A stretch of 54,249 bases of DNA, filler included, from Sluysia triapertura (lineage: Eukaryota): NCBI GenBank assembly GCA_046118255.1. It is 4 parts of 4 records of this genome, joined end to end, with 100 filler letters (N's around TTAATTAATTAA, not from the genome) between each part and the next. Parts side by side here need not be neighbours in the genome. Positions count along the whole stretch, not along the records: positions 26,638 to 42,917 come from JBJNIA010207590.1; positions 43,018 to 54,249 come from JBJNIA010187080.1; 2 more parts are not named here. One strand, 5' to 3'. The notes below the pieces were generated by a model. It had not been told where the DNA came from and did not search any database. It saw only the letters and a list, made by a program, of their open reading frames with translations. Every line of letters starts with the position of its first letter. Positions within the stretch are counted from its first letter, which is position 1. Below are positions 39,950 to 53,440 of this stretch, one piece after another. The position numbers and the translations under genes were made by a program.

Positions 39950-40330
39950 CGATTTAATGATGGGTGTTTAAAGCTTAGGGGCACATACTTAGATGTAACA
40001 AATCCAGTTTAATATCAAGTGAGCTTCAAATTTCTTGATCGACTATGGAATTTCTAGGAAAAACCAATAACTGTCGCAAGGATGAAAATCATATTAAAAG
40101 AAAATTACAGCTTTGCAAATACCTGATGCAATACCTCAATGATGTAAGATTTTTAAAGGATTGTTGCTTGAGACGAAAAGTGGATATATTAATGTGATTT
40201 CGTGATGCGCAGAATTTCGAAGGTATGATTCACTTACATTTGATTTCTGATAGTCATTCGTTTCTTAAAGCAGGGCTTGGTATTTAGAACACGATGGATT
40301 ATATTTTGAATAAATACTTATTTTTTCGAA
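39950..40330 (+). mobile_element. Possible highly decayed gypsy RT/RNase H fragment in the ligase intron
   Basis: TMEFLG, LKENYSFANT/KITALQIP in shifting frames, and KAGLGI; weak. Confidence 0.3.
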
Positions 40331-40498
40331 AATGGTTCATTACTTTTGCGACGAATTAATAGGTTGGCCAACGAAGGAAAAATATATTGATTATCTAATT
40401 AATAATGGAATAAAACTATATTTTTGAAATTAATTATATTTTGCAATAAATTTCATATCATTATTGTAGCCGAGTTTAGTGAATTATTTGCGTTTTAG

Positions 40499-41713
40499 TT
40501 ACTAACGGTAAATCGCGAATATTATTGTCGTCAGTGGATTCTTAAATTCGGTGTTCAGTTGGATAATAGTTGGAAAAAAAATAGTCGCCATGAATGTATT
40601 ACTATTAGTTATGATTTAATTACATTGTTAAACAACAGTGGTAATAATAACACTACTGATATTTTGTCGTGCTTGCGTGGAATAGCACGAGAGTTACACC
40701 ACTATAATACAGAACAGCAATCTAGTGTGACAGATACGACAATTATTCGCAACAGCTTGATACTATTTTCTGAAATATTGAATACACGTTCTTATTATGT
40801 ATCTGTGTTTGAAATGGAATCATCTGGCATTATCGATTCATTGCTTGAATTTTTAACAGGTAGAATTCAGAACGATTCCGGATCTTCCGAGTACTGTTCG
40901 ACTCGCCATGCTGAAAATTTAAAATTGTTTTTGTCAGTTTTCTGTGGGTCCATTTTGAATAAGAACAGTGAATCTAGTACAACAATGCTAGTAAATCCTT
41001 TCGGATGTTTAGTGAGTAATCTACTGACATGTTTGCATCAACAAGAACAATTCCATGTTCGATTATTCCAATTGCCGAACCTGAATTCGACAAATACCAA
41101 TACTTCAGCAAGTTCCACAGACAACACTAATTCTTCCAGTCTAATCTCTGGTGCAACAAATTTTAACACCGCTCATTTATCATCTACTAACCGATATGCA
41201 CAAAGATTTAATTTGACCCAAGTGCTCACAGGAGCCGTCCTCGATCGCTTGAAGACCCATCGACGAATGACATTACTTCCAGAACCGACTGCTCATTTAG
41301 AAACAGCTTATTTGTCGAATGATTCTGTTTCTAATACTTCTGGTCTCTTAGGTAACAGTACTACATCCGGATCTGGATATCGCGCTTCTCAGTCTATACT
41401 TCCAATTTCTTCACCTTCGATTTCCTCTTCTCAACCTACTTCGTTAGTAACTACTAGTACTACTTCTAACGCCTCTAGTGTTGCGGCGGCAGCTAGCTTT
41501 TTGATTTCTTCAATAAATGGGAGTCTTTCTTCTACTTCAGCTAACAATAATCATCACAAAATTACAGAAGTGCATTGTATATTCGGACCATACGTAGGTG
41601 ATACACATATTACAGACAAAGAAACCGGTGCACAGAAAATTACTACTTCGAGTGATAACTACGATCTATGTGTCAATTTCGATATCTTTCTTGATGTACT
41701 CGCCACTATTTCG
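40499..41713 (+). CDS. TRIP12: Large internal exon of a TRIP12/Ufd4-family HECT E3 ubiquitin ligase (segment between the ARM region and HECT; HECT itself not in window)
   Basis: Acceptor ttttag|TTA at 40499 and donor TCG|gttagt at 41714 enclose 405 open codons. Motifs in TRIP12 order: NREYYCRQWI (cf. NREKIKGWI), VSVFEMESSGIIDSLLEFLT (cf. [20 protein letters not shown]), NLKLFLSVF, PFGCLVSNLLTCLHQQEQFHVRLFQLP (cf. [23 protein letters not shown]), LDVLATI. Comparison is from memory. Confidence 0.75.
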
Positions 41714-42842
41714 GTTAGTCATTTTGAAATTTACGACGTGATTTTTATGGGTTTAAATAAAATAAAAATCTAAAATAAAAATCTAATAAAAATTTAATAA
41801 GAATATGAGGTAGAAAATAATAGTATTATTGAATCTTATATATCTGCACTTAGAGATCTTTAATAATTATCAATTTAATCAATAATTACAAAATAATTGT
41901 TAGTAATTTATAAAATTATTTTTTGCACAATTATTAGCCAAGTTCAAGTTTCTCATTTGTACTTTAAATTGCTGTTAGGAATTGTTAAATTGATAAAGCG
42001 TAACTTCAGAATTATTGTAAAAAATTAAAATGTTTTGTGAGTCCTTAAAAAATTTGTGTGTGCTTGAATGAACTCTTATTCTCTGGTTTTAACCTAACTT
42101 CTTTAATAAAATTTTCACTTTATACTACTTAAATTTATCTGGAGGTACAATTTTTTATTAATGTGAATTTCCACTATTATTTAATTCCGTAAATAATGTC
42201 TATACTTTGTCTATTATGTTTGTCTTAAATATGGAAGTGTGAACTCGAATACACGTCTCAGTTATTCGAGATATAAGTACTAAGTGCTCGATTAATTATT
42301 AAGTCTTTATTGTCGATCTCTATCTAAATTCGTCTTATATAATATAAATACTCCTTTTCTATTAGCTTTAAAATTATTTATTTATGTTAATAATTTCTAT
42401 TTTATTTTAAAGAAAATTAAAAAATTAATTTAAATGTTCGATTTTAAAATTATCTTGTTAGATCAATTCGATGAAAATCAACTTAAGAAACTTGATCAGG
42501 TAAGAACTGTTACTAATTCGATAAAATTGATCTGGTGAAACCGTTATACAATTGATAAAATTGATCAAGTGAAAATATCATGAATTCAAGTAAATATCAT
42601 ACAAGTCGATTCTAGTTAAAAATCTCTGTTGACTTGCTTCTATTTTTATTGCCCTTATTAATTACTAACAATAAATAATTCAATACAAAAATTTTATCTG
42701 ACAATTTAACGAATTACTGTATATAACTAAATGTTAATAAAGGCATGTAGGTAAAATAATTTATCATTACACGAGCAAATACATAGCTAAATAATGTTAC
42801 TAACTAATCTAAAAGTAGTAATTATAAATACGAATTTATAGT

Positions 42843-42917
42843 AATAATAATAATAATATATTAATTTATATGGCGCTCATATCTACCGCGAAAGTACTCA
42901 AAAGCGCTTATGGTATA
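42843..42917 (-). mobile_element. 3' tail of an L2-clade-like LINE/SINE, truncated by the gap
   Basis: Minus strand reads AAGCGCTTTTGAG...GAGCGCCATATAAAT followed by (TTA)n, resembling the GCGCT/AGCGC stem-loop plus microsatellite tail typical of L2-type ends. Confidence 0.5.
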
Positions 42918-43017
42918 NNNNNNNNNNNNNNNNNNNNNNNNNNNNNNNNNNNNNNNNNNNNTTAATTAATTAANNNNNNNNNNNNNNNNNNNNNNNNNNN
43001 NNNNNNNNNNNNNNNNN
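42918..43017. other. Artificial scaffold spacer
   Basis: Same 100-bp N/TTAATTAATTAA/N layout. Confidence 0.98.
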
Positions 43018-43249
43018 CGCAAGTGCTTAATTTGAATTGGTATAAATCCATATATATATCGAGTAATGTATTTGTATGTGTCAATACATTACTTTTTTTT
43101 TGCGAATTTGACTTCAAAAATAACACAGTCAGAAAATAGTTATAGTATACAGAAAATAACATTAAGTTTAAAAGGCTAAAAGCCAGGTGGACACTAGATT
43201 ACTCTATAATACTTTATTTTGTTTCATGTATTCATTCTGTTTTAGAGAG

Positions 43250-45306
43250 ATATGGAAAAATAATGAAATCAATCTTTTAAACTAGTAAGACTACAACAGC
43301 AGTTACAAAATCAATAGCACGTTAAATATTTTTTCATTTCTTTACATTGTTACCATAGTATCCTCTGTATTGCTATTCTCCGAAAGCAGCGTATGGTAAA
43401 GTATGTCTTCTGACCTAATTCACTTTTTTATGTACGTATTCATTTAACAAATAAGGAATATTATTGTATGGGTAAGACAATGTAGTTGATGGTTTTAAAC
43501 AATTAAATTTAAAATAGGTTTTCAGCCAGTTGCGTCAAGCTGCACACGTATGCTGCCGAACACATTAGAATGAGAGGACTATGTTAAAGCTGAAAATGTG
43601 CTTATTTATAGTCACATTATTTATTTAGGATTTACCAGATTGTCTTAACTGGCAAATAGTACATGTAACAATTTTGATAATAATGTAAGACACTGCATTG
43701 TTTAACTCCAAACTTTTTGTTAATTGTAGATAATTTATGGAAATGATTAAAATGTCTAGCCTTGTTGTAGCTCTTGGGAGTGTTTTGTTGTATTTACTGA
43801 GACTTGAAGTTGACGTAAGTTCGATAATTATGGACAAATGCAAGTTAGATAGTGAAGGAATTGCATCATATGAGAAAACTAAATTTATTTGTATCGGAAT
43901 AGATGAAAGAGTGGATGACAAAAGCTTGACTTACAGTGAAACAACTATACCTGACGAAGAGGTCATTCTTAAGAAATGCGTGACTCGAGATCATCATTTC
44001 AGTGAAGGTGGTTTGTTATCTGGTGAGTATTTAACCAACATGATGCACAGAAGTGATACTCAGTGTATTACAAGAGTATAAGAGTGAAGACAGTATCCCA
44101 GTCGTTCTTGTTGACAATATTGACAATATTGTTAATTTGGAAAGAAAGTTTGGAAGAAATCTTTGTATTATTGGATGATGCCGACATTAAGAGCACTCTT
44201 CAATAAACTGGATAGTGAAGCGATAGATCAAACAATTTTCACAACATTCACAGTATTCGTCAAGTTTCTTTTGATAAGGTAGTGACTCCTCTAATTGATG
44301 ACTTTACTCATAGTCAAGCTCTAAAGAAGCTCAGTAGTGACCAATGGCTACGCTGTGAATACTGTAAAGGTGTAGGATGTGGCAGCTAGGACAATTGATC
44401 CACCAAATCATGCCAAATGGTTGACTCTTGCAGTAAGATTACTCTATCTGTACGAATGAGATGACAAACCCACGAGTAATCTTAAGAAACTGTCTGTGGT
44501 CCAGCTTGATTTGAGATCAAAATATCATCGAAGCTACATGAGTAACCATTACTGTTGTTTGACACCATTATGCGGCTAAATCTTCTTCAATGTGACGACG
44601 TCAGAAGCATCCAGAAAACTTTCTGTACGCTACAGTAAAGAGTGATGCGTTGCTGTTAGAAACATTGCATTTAATCTAATTCTGACAAAAAGGAAAAATG
44701 GACATCAACATTCATAGTAGAAGAGTCCATCCATTAATTGGAATAATCTCGTTGATGATACCTCACTTCCTGCTGGTGAACGACCTGCAACAAAGTATTT
44801 TACTTATGAGGGAATTCAGTCAATGATTAGTACCGGCGTCAAGGCAGACATTGCTAACTTGCCTAACCATTCACAGAGCATGGAACGATGTAAAGCTAGT
44901 TTCCAACACTGTTCGCACAGTCTTTGGATATAATAACCGGCTTGGATAAACTTACAAGCAGAAACATCATCTAGCGCTACTTCTAAATGACATTACGCAT
45001 AGTCTTATGATGACATTTATGGTTAAATAAATATATCTCTTTATTACCAAGTGAGTGTTATTATGTTATATGTAAACTTGTTTTGTAAACATTGCCGTTT
45101 AATTTTGAAATTGATGATGTAAAAATACGTTTAAACACTGGATTATGTTACGCCTAGGCTTAATATAAAATCTTCAACTGCAAATTCGCAATCCACCTTT
45201 AGTCCATTCAAGCTAAAATTTGGCATGATTTCTTATCTAACCAATGTGCAATTACTTGTTTTGCGAAACCAAAAATTTTGAAAAAATATACAATTTGTAC
45301 ACCTCA
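43250..45306 (+). mobile_element. Decayed hATm-like DNA transposon (transposase relic ~43530-45030)
   Basis: IIMDKCKL, ICIGIDERVD (cf. G.FDGR.D), GEYLT, VLVDN, LSSDQ, PPNHAKWLTLAVRLLYLY (cf. P..HARWLT.A.R.L.LY) and LPNHSQSMERC (cf. PCHTQ.VER). Subterminal ATGCCAAATTT on the minus strand near 45220. Confidence 0.7.
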
Positions 45307-46009
45307 AACCTAAATAAATAAAAAGAATTGTGAATAGTAAAAATATTTAGCAATACAAAAAATACGAAGAATTAACATGTAAGATGAACCAAATTAATGC
45401 ATTTGAGCAATTTTTTGTCCTTCTTAATATTAGTAATTCTGACACTAACGCAGTATTATTGTCGTAGATCAAATACTTCTCATCGTCATGTGACATATTC
45501 AGAATATTAATTTTATTATTAACTTTTATATAAAGATATTCTGGAATTACATTTGGTATGTTAAATGTGTTATGTCTTTATATATTTCTAATAAAATAGC
45601 AGCAAATTAAATTTACAATTTTTACACAATATTTGAATTTGTAAATTATATCTTGTAAAAAGTACATTTCGTATGAGTATCGGTGTCTCATTTTACATAA
45701 ATGAATTTATCAGATCATCTAATTTTGTATCAAATGATTAGACCAACCAATTTCAGTAGACTAAACGATTTAGTAATAATACATTGCATACAAAAATAAT
45801 ATAATAGAAAACGAGCCTCATCTTTATATTCAAACCTTTTAGTGTTTATGAATGGATAGAAGAATTTTTACACCACGTGTATGCATACAAGCATAGGACA
45901 GAGAATTTAGTAATTTAGTAGAAAAATTTATGAATATATAAATACGTACAAGAAATCATTTTTTGTGTCATGCTAGCAAATATTAATTACAAAGGTTACG
46001 TATTATATA

Positions 46010-47401
46010 CTATTAGTCATATAAAATTTAATCAATGGAAGCTATCGACTAAGTTTGTTAACTAGTGCTTGTTTGAACCTGAGATTTTTCTTAACATGAG
46101 CTATTTGAAATATAATCTTTTATGTGTCAATATTTTGCTAATGGCAAATTTGTTATATTAAAAGCCAAGGTGGTGGAGAAAATTAAAAATGATTTGGTCT
46201 CCTTTATAACTGGATAATTTTAAGTAAAAGATTATATATAAATTAGTGAAATTAGATAATCATTTTATTACTTTTAATAAATTATTGTCATGAATCAAAT
46301 GGATTTTCTCCAGCATTATAACTAATACCAAGTACTCTCCGAAATTCATTTGAAATGAAGAGACTAAGGATCGGCATGTTATCGGACAATTTGAGTCCAA
46401 AAAAGAAAGTTCCGACTCATTAGAAATCAAATACACTCCGGACTCATGGAAGGGTCCTAATGAATGTAAATTTTTATTAATTTTTAATTTTAATTTATTT
46501 TTAGATATAGAAACATTGTATGAATAGTTTATAATTTTTATAGAAAATCAAGAATTTTGGCCAATCGAAACAAATTATTTTATTTGTTTTTTTATCTTTT
46601 TAAAATATATTACAGTTTCAAATATTTTTTTATTATATTATGGATTTGGGATTATATAGTATAGATACGTAAAGATTACGTAATAGTACCGTAAAATCAT
46701 TTTAAATTATCATCACCTTCGTACTAATGACATTGTATTTATTGTACAAAACAATTATACATTAAAATATTGTGTACATTAAAATGTAGACATTGCATGA
46801 ACTAATTAATTAAAGTTAATATTAATTAGCATGACTAAAACATTAAAAATAATTATACATAATAATAATACAATATGTCCATATTACGAACACAATAATA
46901 ATTTCGGACAGTAAACGTAATATAATAACGCAAATGTAGGACCATATCAACATTTTAATAATTTGAGTTAAGGTAATCATAAAAGTTATTGTAGCACTAG
47001 TGTAAGAAATCATAAAAGTTTCAAAAGCACAAAATTAGTTAATAAATATCAGTACTATATCTTTAAATCCACCATCGTTAGAAAAAATTAGACCCACACG
47101 CAACCTTTGAAAGTAGTGAGGACAGTTACCCCCCAAATGACATAATTAATGCAGAAGTGAGCTCAAATCTCTCACCGCATTAGTAACAACTTATTTCAAA
47201 AATATAAAAATTACTTATTTCAAAAATATAAAAAAAACTAAGCCCGCGATACCAGTATTATGACAGCATTCATAACTGTGGTAATGCATTTCTGTAAAAA
47301 ATGACTCATGAACTATTGATTGGTTAGATCAGGTTCAAACAAGCACTAGTTAACAAACTTAATCGATAGCTTCCACTGATTAAATTTTAAATGACTAATA
47401 G
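46010..47401. mobile_element. 1.39-kb non-autonomous TIR element with 73-bp TIRs flanked by TA
   Basis: 46008-46082 is the reverse complement of 47329-47403 with 3 mismatches in 75 bp, counting the flanking TA. No transposase recognisable inside. Confidence 0.75.
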
Positions 47402-50400
47402 TACTTAAAAATCCAAAAACGAGAAAACCATTAACACAAGAACACTGAGACAAACGAAATGCAAGAAGAAAATAAACACAAAGATGTTCAATACCAAAAA
47501 TCAATTTTTATTTAAGTATAATTAATTAATTTTTAGATTTTTCACTAAAACATGAAAAAGGTAATTGCAATTAAGACTATTTGCTTTTTCAACATTCTGT
47601 AATGCTCAAAAGTTTATTATTGAATTTATTATAGAATGTACCAGTGGTATCAATTTGGAAAATGTATCAAGAATTATTAATATTCAAAGACATGCTTTTG
47701 ATACTACTCATACTTTAGTTATTGATAAAAATGAAGACTTTATGCGTCAAATAGAAACTTGGTTACAATACTATATAAAATTTCAACTACCATCCTGTCA
47801 ATTACTTGAAGCTAAATTGGTGTAATCACGAATAGAATATCTCTAAACAAATTTTTGGGTATGAGCATTTGTAATACAGGGAATGAAGAAGGATTTCGAA
47901 GAATTATTATAAAAATTTTAACGAAATTCAAATAATTGATTAATTGTTGCGTCTTTAATCAAATTGTATAATTCAAAATAATATAAACACCGCTTATCAA
48001 AATAATGTAACAAACACATTTCGGCAAAATAATTATCAAATAACAAACAAAAATTAAATATTGTCAATAAATTATATGACCACCAATATTTGATTATAGA
48101 TCAAATAATTATATTGTGATAGTCTAATGAACACAGTACTAATACCAAGGTGTAATGAATTCAACTGCGAAACATGATCTTCATAAACAAAATTCTAAAC
48201 AAGCTTCCACTAAACTTAATGCATTTGTTAAAAATCAACAAATAACATATAATAATTCAAAATTCAACATATTTTCACAATAACAATCATAATAATAACT
48301 TTGTTACTTACCATAACATTTACACAACTATGATCTAAAATCTAATATTGCTTTTAAAATTATTGTTATTATATTATACACAGCTACAATCTAAAATTTA
48401 ACATTGTTACTAAAATAGTTGTTATATATTATTGTTTATTATTATTGTATATATGCATTAAATGCATCACCGAAAATGAAAGACACAAAAACAATAAACC
48501 TAATACTGTAAATAATAATAACAATGAGAATATTAACGAAAATAAGATAGTATTTTCATCTCTTTCTTCTTTAACCGACAGCTCTAATAATATGAATAAT
48601 AAAACTATCAAGAGCAGTAATCTTAGTAATAATAATAATAAAAGCAAGATAAATAAATAAGTTAGGTTGATGATGATGATGATATTGACGGTAACAATGC
48701 TTCAATATCTGCATCCAGTACAGTAATAGATAGCCAATCATAAAACTGATTTTACATTTCTAACAAATTATAAACACATACTTGTATAAACACCAAATAT
48801 TTTCGCGCGTTAATGAATGTTTAAATAACTAATATATATTAATTTTTTTATTCGAATATTTGTCTTCATGCCGTTACCTCATTGCATTTACCACTTCGAT
48901 TAGCATAATTCTAATTCTTGTGCTTATTTATGCATGGGTATTCTTTTATTTGAATCTCAAACAATGATTACATATGAAATGTAATTTATATTTTGTTTAG
49001 AAAATGATAATAATAAGTCTTGATTACTGTAGGTAATATAATGCAACTAATTGATAATGAATACTTACAAAAGTTTTGACTATACAATGCACAAACATGG
49101 ATTTTGACAAGTTTGAGATTTCATATTCAAAATGGTAGAATCAAATAATCAAATGGTATATAATATAATCATATGATTCTATTGTGCCATTTTGGTCATA
49201 TTTTTAAACAAAACGTGCTCAGATATTTTAGAATAATTATATCTTTCTTGTCTTGTATCGCAGGATATTTTTATTTATCTGCTATTGTATTCATCGAGCA
49301 ATGAAAATCACACGTTTCATTTTTTTCTTGGAAAATACATATTTACTGTTTAGCTTTTGACGGAATTAGGTTATTATTCTCATTCATAAAGTATTGATAT
49401 GTATAGCATTAATTCAAGACCAATTACGTATAACATGTTCATTTGATTTTTGTTGTTTGTGGATATGTGAACGTGTTCTCAGATGTAATTCTTCTAAATT
49501 AATAATTTTAAGAATATATTATTTTATTCAACAAAGAAGATGCGATTCATTATTTATCGCAAGTAAGTAATTAATTTGTATAATTACAATGAAAACATTG
49601 TTTTATGCTCAAAGTAAGTTTCTATTATTAATATAATTAGTGTGAAGAAGAAATGCACAGATAAATTCAATTTTGGAAAGTTGTCGAAGAAGAAGGTATT
49701 TCAAGCAACAAAATTTTTATTCTTATTAAATTAGTTTTTAGGTTATTTGCAAATGGCAAACAAAACCTAAAACATTTTTTAGATAGTGTTAATGTAGAGA
49801 AAGATGGAAATACAGATAGAAAAGTAATTTAATAGAACATAAGTTTAGGAAGAGACCCTTGACCTCTAAAATATCTACTTAGAAAGTAATTTAAGTAATA
49901 ATCACCATGTTTTAAGATACAATTTAAGTGATCACAATATAAAATCAGTAATTTTTCCTAATAAAATGATTATTAAATTAAGATTAATTAAAGACCAGAT
50001 GAAAACATTAAAATTCAAGGTGGAGCTAAAATCAAGTTTAGTAAGAGTGGTGAAATTTAAAAATAGTACATAAGAGAACCAGCTAAAGTATACAATAATA
50101 AATTTCGTAAAAGATTCACTAAATAAAAATATAAAAGTAAAAACAGAACTGGGTAGTGCTTGAGTTATAGACCAAATTTTATAACAAAATTTTCATACTT
50201 AATACTTTTAAGTGATAGATCAATAGGTTAATACATGCTCATAGTGTTATTAATATTCAAAATAGTGATAATTTATGTTTTTTATATTCAATATTTACAT
50301 GCGTTTAAGATTTGTGATTATATATTAAGGATGTGAAAGCAATTGCCTATTATTCTTAAAGTATTGATGGTTTTCTGTTATTGTTTAGTAATATTTAATA

Positions 50401-52539
50401 ACAATTAGCAACATCATCATTACAAGATTATGTTGGTCCTATTCGTTGATGGAGATTTCTTCAGATTGTCATACCATTCGAATGTTATCCATTTTTCTTG
50501 AATAAATAGATTAGTGTGATCACGATAAATGCTGCTTAAGGTGGAGATTTCTTCAGACGGTCATAAAATTATTTCAATACAAATTTGTAATCGTCATCGC
50601 TACAATATTTAGTATATGTTAAAGTATATAAACTGTGATAAGCATAAAACCTTTACAGACATAACCATGATAAGCGTGTGACATATAAATTTATGTAAGT
50701 ATGGTTGGTTGTCAGATTAAGTTATAGCAGATTATAGCATATATTGTAGTGACACCGGAGTCACTTTTCTGATTATCTGACCATTAAAACTGACTTTGGC
50801 TACTTAAAATAAAATCAGTGTAAATACTCTAAGCTCTATAAATATCACATAAATCAAAAACTAAAAAATCCCTTTTCGATTAATTAATGCTAAATACAAA
50901 TTTAATACAATACTCATTCTACGAATAAACCACTCAACCAATCAAAGCAATTCATGCCAATTCAAATTCTATGCGCGCGAGTAAACCAGAGAGTGTGAAT
51001 TAATTTATCGAGCACATTTCTATCTACTTAATACTTTTAATAGTAATGATGTGGAAATATTAATTTATAAATTTAGAATTACTACTCAATGCTGTTGAGA
51101 AAATTACATTTTAAAATGAATCTTTATTGTAATCAACTCGAAATGACAGTATATTTTGTGCATTTTGCAGGATGATTTATATGTTTGCACTATTTTTCTA
51201 ATCTAATTTGACTTCTTTTATTATTTGTTAAGCAGAAAGTATAAATTTTAAATAATTCTTAATGAAACAATATAAGTGATAATAATAAGTTTATGCTGAT
51301 ATATTCTTATACCTCGTAATCAGCACACTCAATATGAACGAAATGTAATATTATTTTTACAAAATTACCTCTTAATGATTCATGAAGAACCGAAGAAAGA
51401 TCAATTTCTTTGTTCAATTAAACAATTAAATAATATGTGGTTATAAAACTAATAAAATATGTTAAATAATCAATTAATTAATTTATATTAAAATTGATAG
51501 TTGTTTTTTATTAAATTTATCTAATTTCCAAGTAATATTTTGGATAGAAATTAATGAAAAAATTTCGGAAATTTTATTAAAATTGTTTGTAAATTTGTTT
51601 TTAAGTACAAATTAACAATGAAACATACTCTCGTTTGACGATATTCAGACTTGTTTCTGAAATAATTTATACGTATAATATAATTATAATTATGATTATT
51701 ATCTAAAATATTGTAATAATAATATATAATTTTGGAAATAGCGAAATTTAAGAATTTTTAATGACTATTTATTAAATAAATAGAGAATTTGATACCTCAT
51801 GAAAGGTGGGCCGAAAATATAAAGGGTATAATGAAAATTTCATTATGAAAGAAGCTCACAGAAAGCTTGCCATTTCGTGTAAATCAATATCGAGTAGTTA
51901 GAAATAATATAGAAGCATAAGAATTCTCTAACATTGATGACTTTTTTGGCTTCTTTTAATTTTAAATGTTAAATTTAAGTTAGTTCTAAATAATATAATT
52001 GACCTAATCTATTCTATAAACAGAATAATGTGCATTATTAAGTTAAATTTTCATCTTTTTTATCTTTTGATTTAAATAAATTATTAAACTTTGAAGAAAT
52101 ATCAGTATCTTAAATTCTTTTAAAATATTCACAAATGTTTACTGAATACCTTGTACGAAATTATATTTAAATATTGGTTTAAATATTAATAAAACCCTAA
52201 TTACTACTACTACTACTCTAACTTCAAAAAGTTTAGAATAGAGACACAATCAAACTAAGATTTTTTCACAAAAAAGTATTCAGAAAATGAGATATGACTG
52301 AAATTTTCCAAAAATGGCAATCTAGTCGCATTTTTCAGTTAAATATAATTTTTTACAAAAATAATTATTAGGAATACAAATGCAAAATATTGATAATATG
52401 TGTAAAAATTTTCACATATTATTTTTCAAAAATGAAATACCAAAATATGATTCGATTTTTTCAAAGTTGTGTTACATTGCTAATCTAGCTTCAACAACTT
52501 TTTGAAATTAAAAATATTAATTATATTATTATATGATCC

Positions 52540-53440
52540 AAGAAAGCAAGAATATGTTGGGATTGTCAAACTGTGGAACAGAAGATTGGTGGGAAACGCA
52601 TGAAAATTGCAGGTATACGAAGAATCAATACAAAATAATGAATAGGAATAATAAAATATTGTTGGTGTACAAATTATGAAGATGAAAATATCTAAATTAA
52701 AGTTCATAACTGAAGAATACCTCAGAGTTCGAAAGACCTATCTAAGGTGGAAATGAACATGGAAAACCTTTGAAGGCATTTAGAGTACCTTTGAGCGTGT
52801 AAACCTTGAGATCTTCTGAGACTTTTTTAACCTTTAAGTATTCCTGAAATTTTGATAAACATCGAAAATCTTCGAGTAATCTTATAAAGTTCATTTGTTT
52901 CAAAAAGACTTTTCGATGAAGGTATGGTTTGACCGAGTTCATTCAAGGAAAAACTTAAAATTGAGCAAAGTCAAATTTTAATTAATTTTTAATTATGCAA
53001 TGTTGAATTGTTAATACTTAGAATGATGAAAATATAATGAATTGAATATAAGATAATCGCTATGAGAGAGGAAAATCTAGAAGTGAGTTTGAAATGTTTG
53101 CAGAATGACTTGTTTGAGAATAAGAACCTTAAACATTTTGCATTAGAAAATTTGATGTGAAAAATCGAAAATCAATTAAATTCTAAAAAGTGAAATTAAG
53201 TTCATTATTTTTATCCGTGTTAACAATATTGTTGATTGTTATGTTAATGTGAGAGAGTAATTTAAGTAAAAATAGATTGAGTAAAAGAAAATGATGTTTG
53301 ACAGACCGTACCATGTAATTGTCAAAGTTGTTATTGTCGGTCTAATTCTCAGAGGTTTCGATTATTTGTGTGAGAAAGTGCTTGATTGTGAAACTCAGAA
53401 TTAATTGGATGATGAGAAACTATAAAATGAAAAACTTTAA
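52540..53440 (+). repeat. Interspersed repeat family A, copy 4 (about 300-bp internal deletion near 52890)
   Basis: Long near-identical blocks with copy 3, e.g. AAAGTCAAATTTTAATTAATTTTTAAT, AGAATAAGAACCTTAAA and AAGTAAAAATAGATT. Confidence 0.85.

Noticed and set aside
42461-42499. Next TRIP12-like exon (ttgttag ... cag|gtaaga)
   Set aside because: Splice-like signals are present, but the translation does not resemble the expected continuation and it lies in a local degenerate repeat (GATAAAATTGATC).
47565-47825. 86-aa ORF as a gene
   Set aside because: Protein-like but with no recognisable motif, a non-ATG start and stops on both sides; cannot be assigned.
48429-48690. Asn-rich / Leu-rich overlapping ORFs
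   Set aside because: Explained by AAT-rich low-complexity sequence; no splice or homology support.
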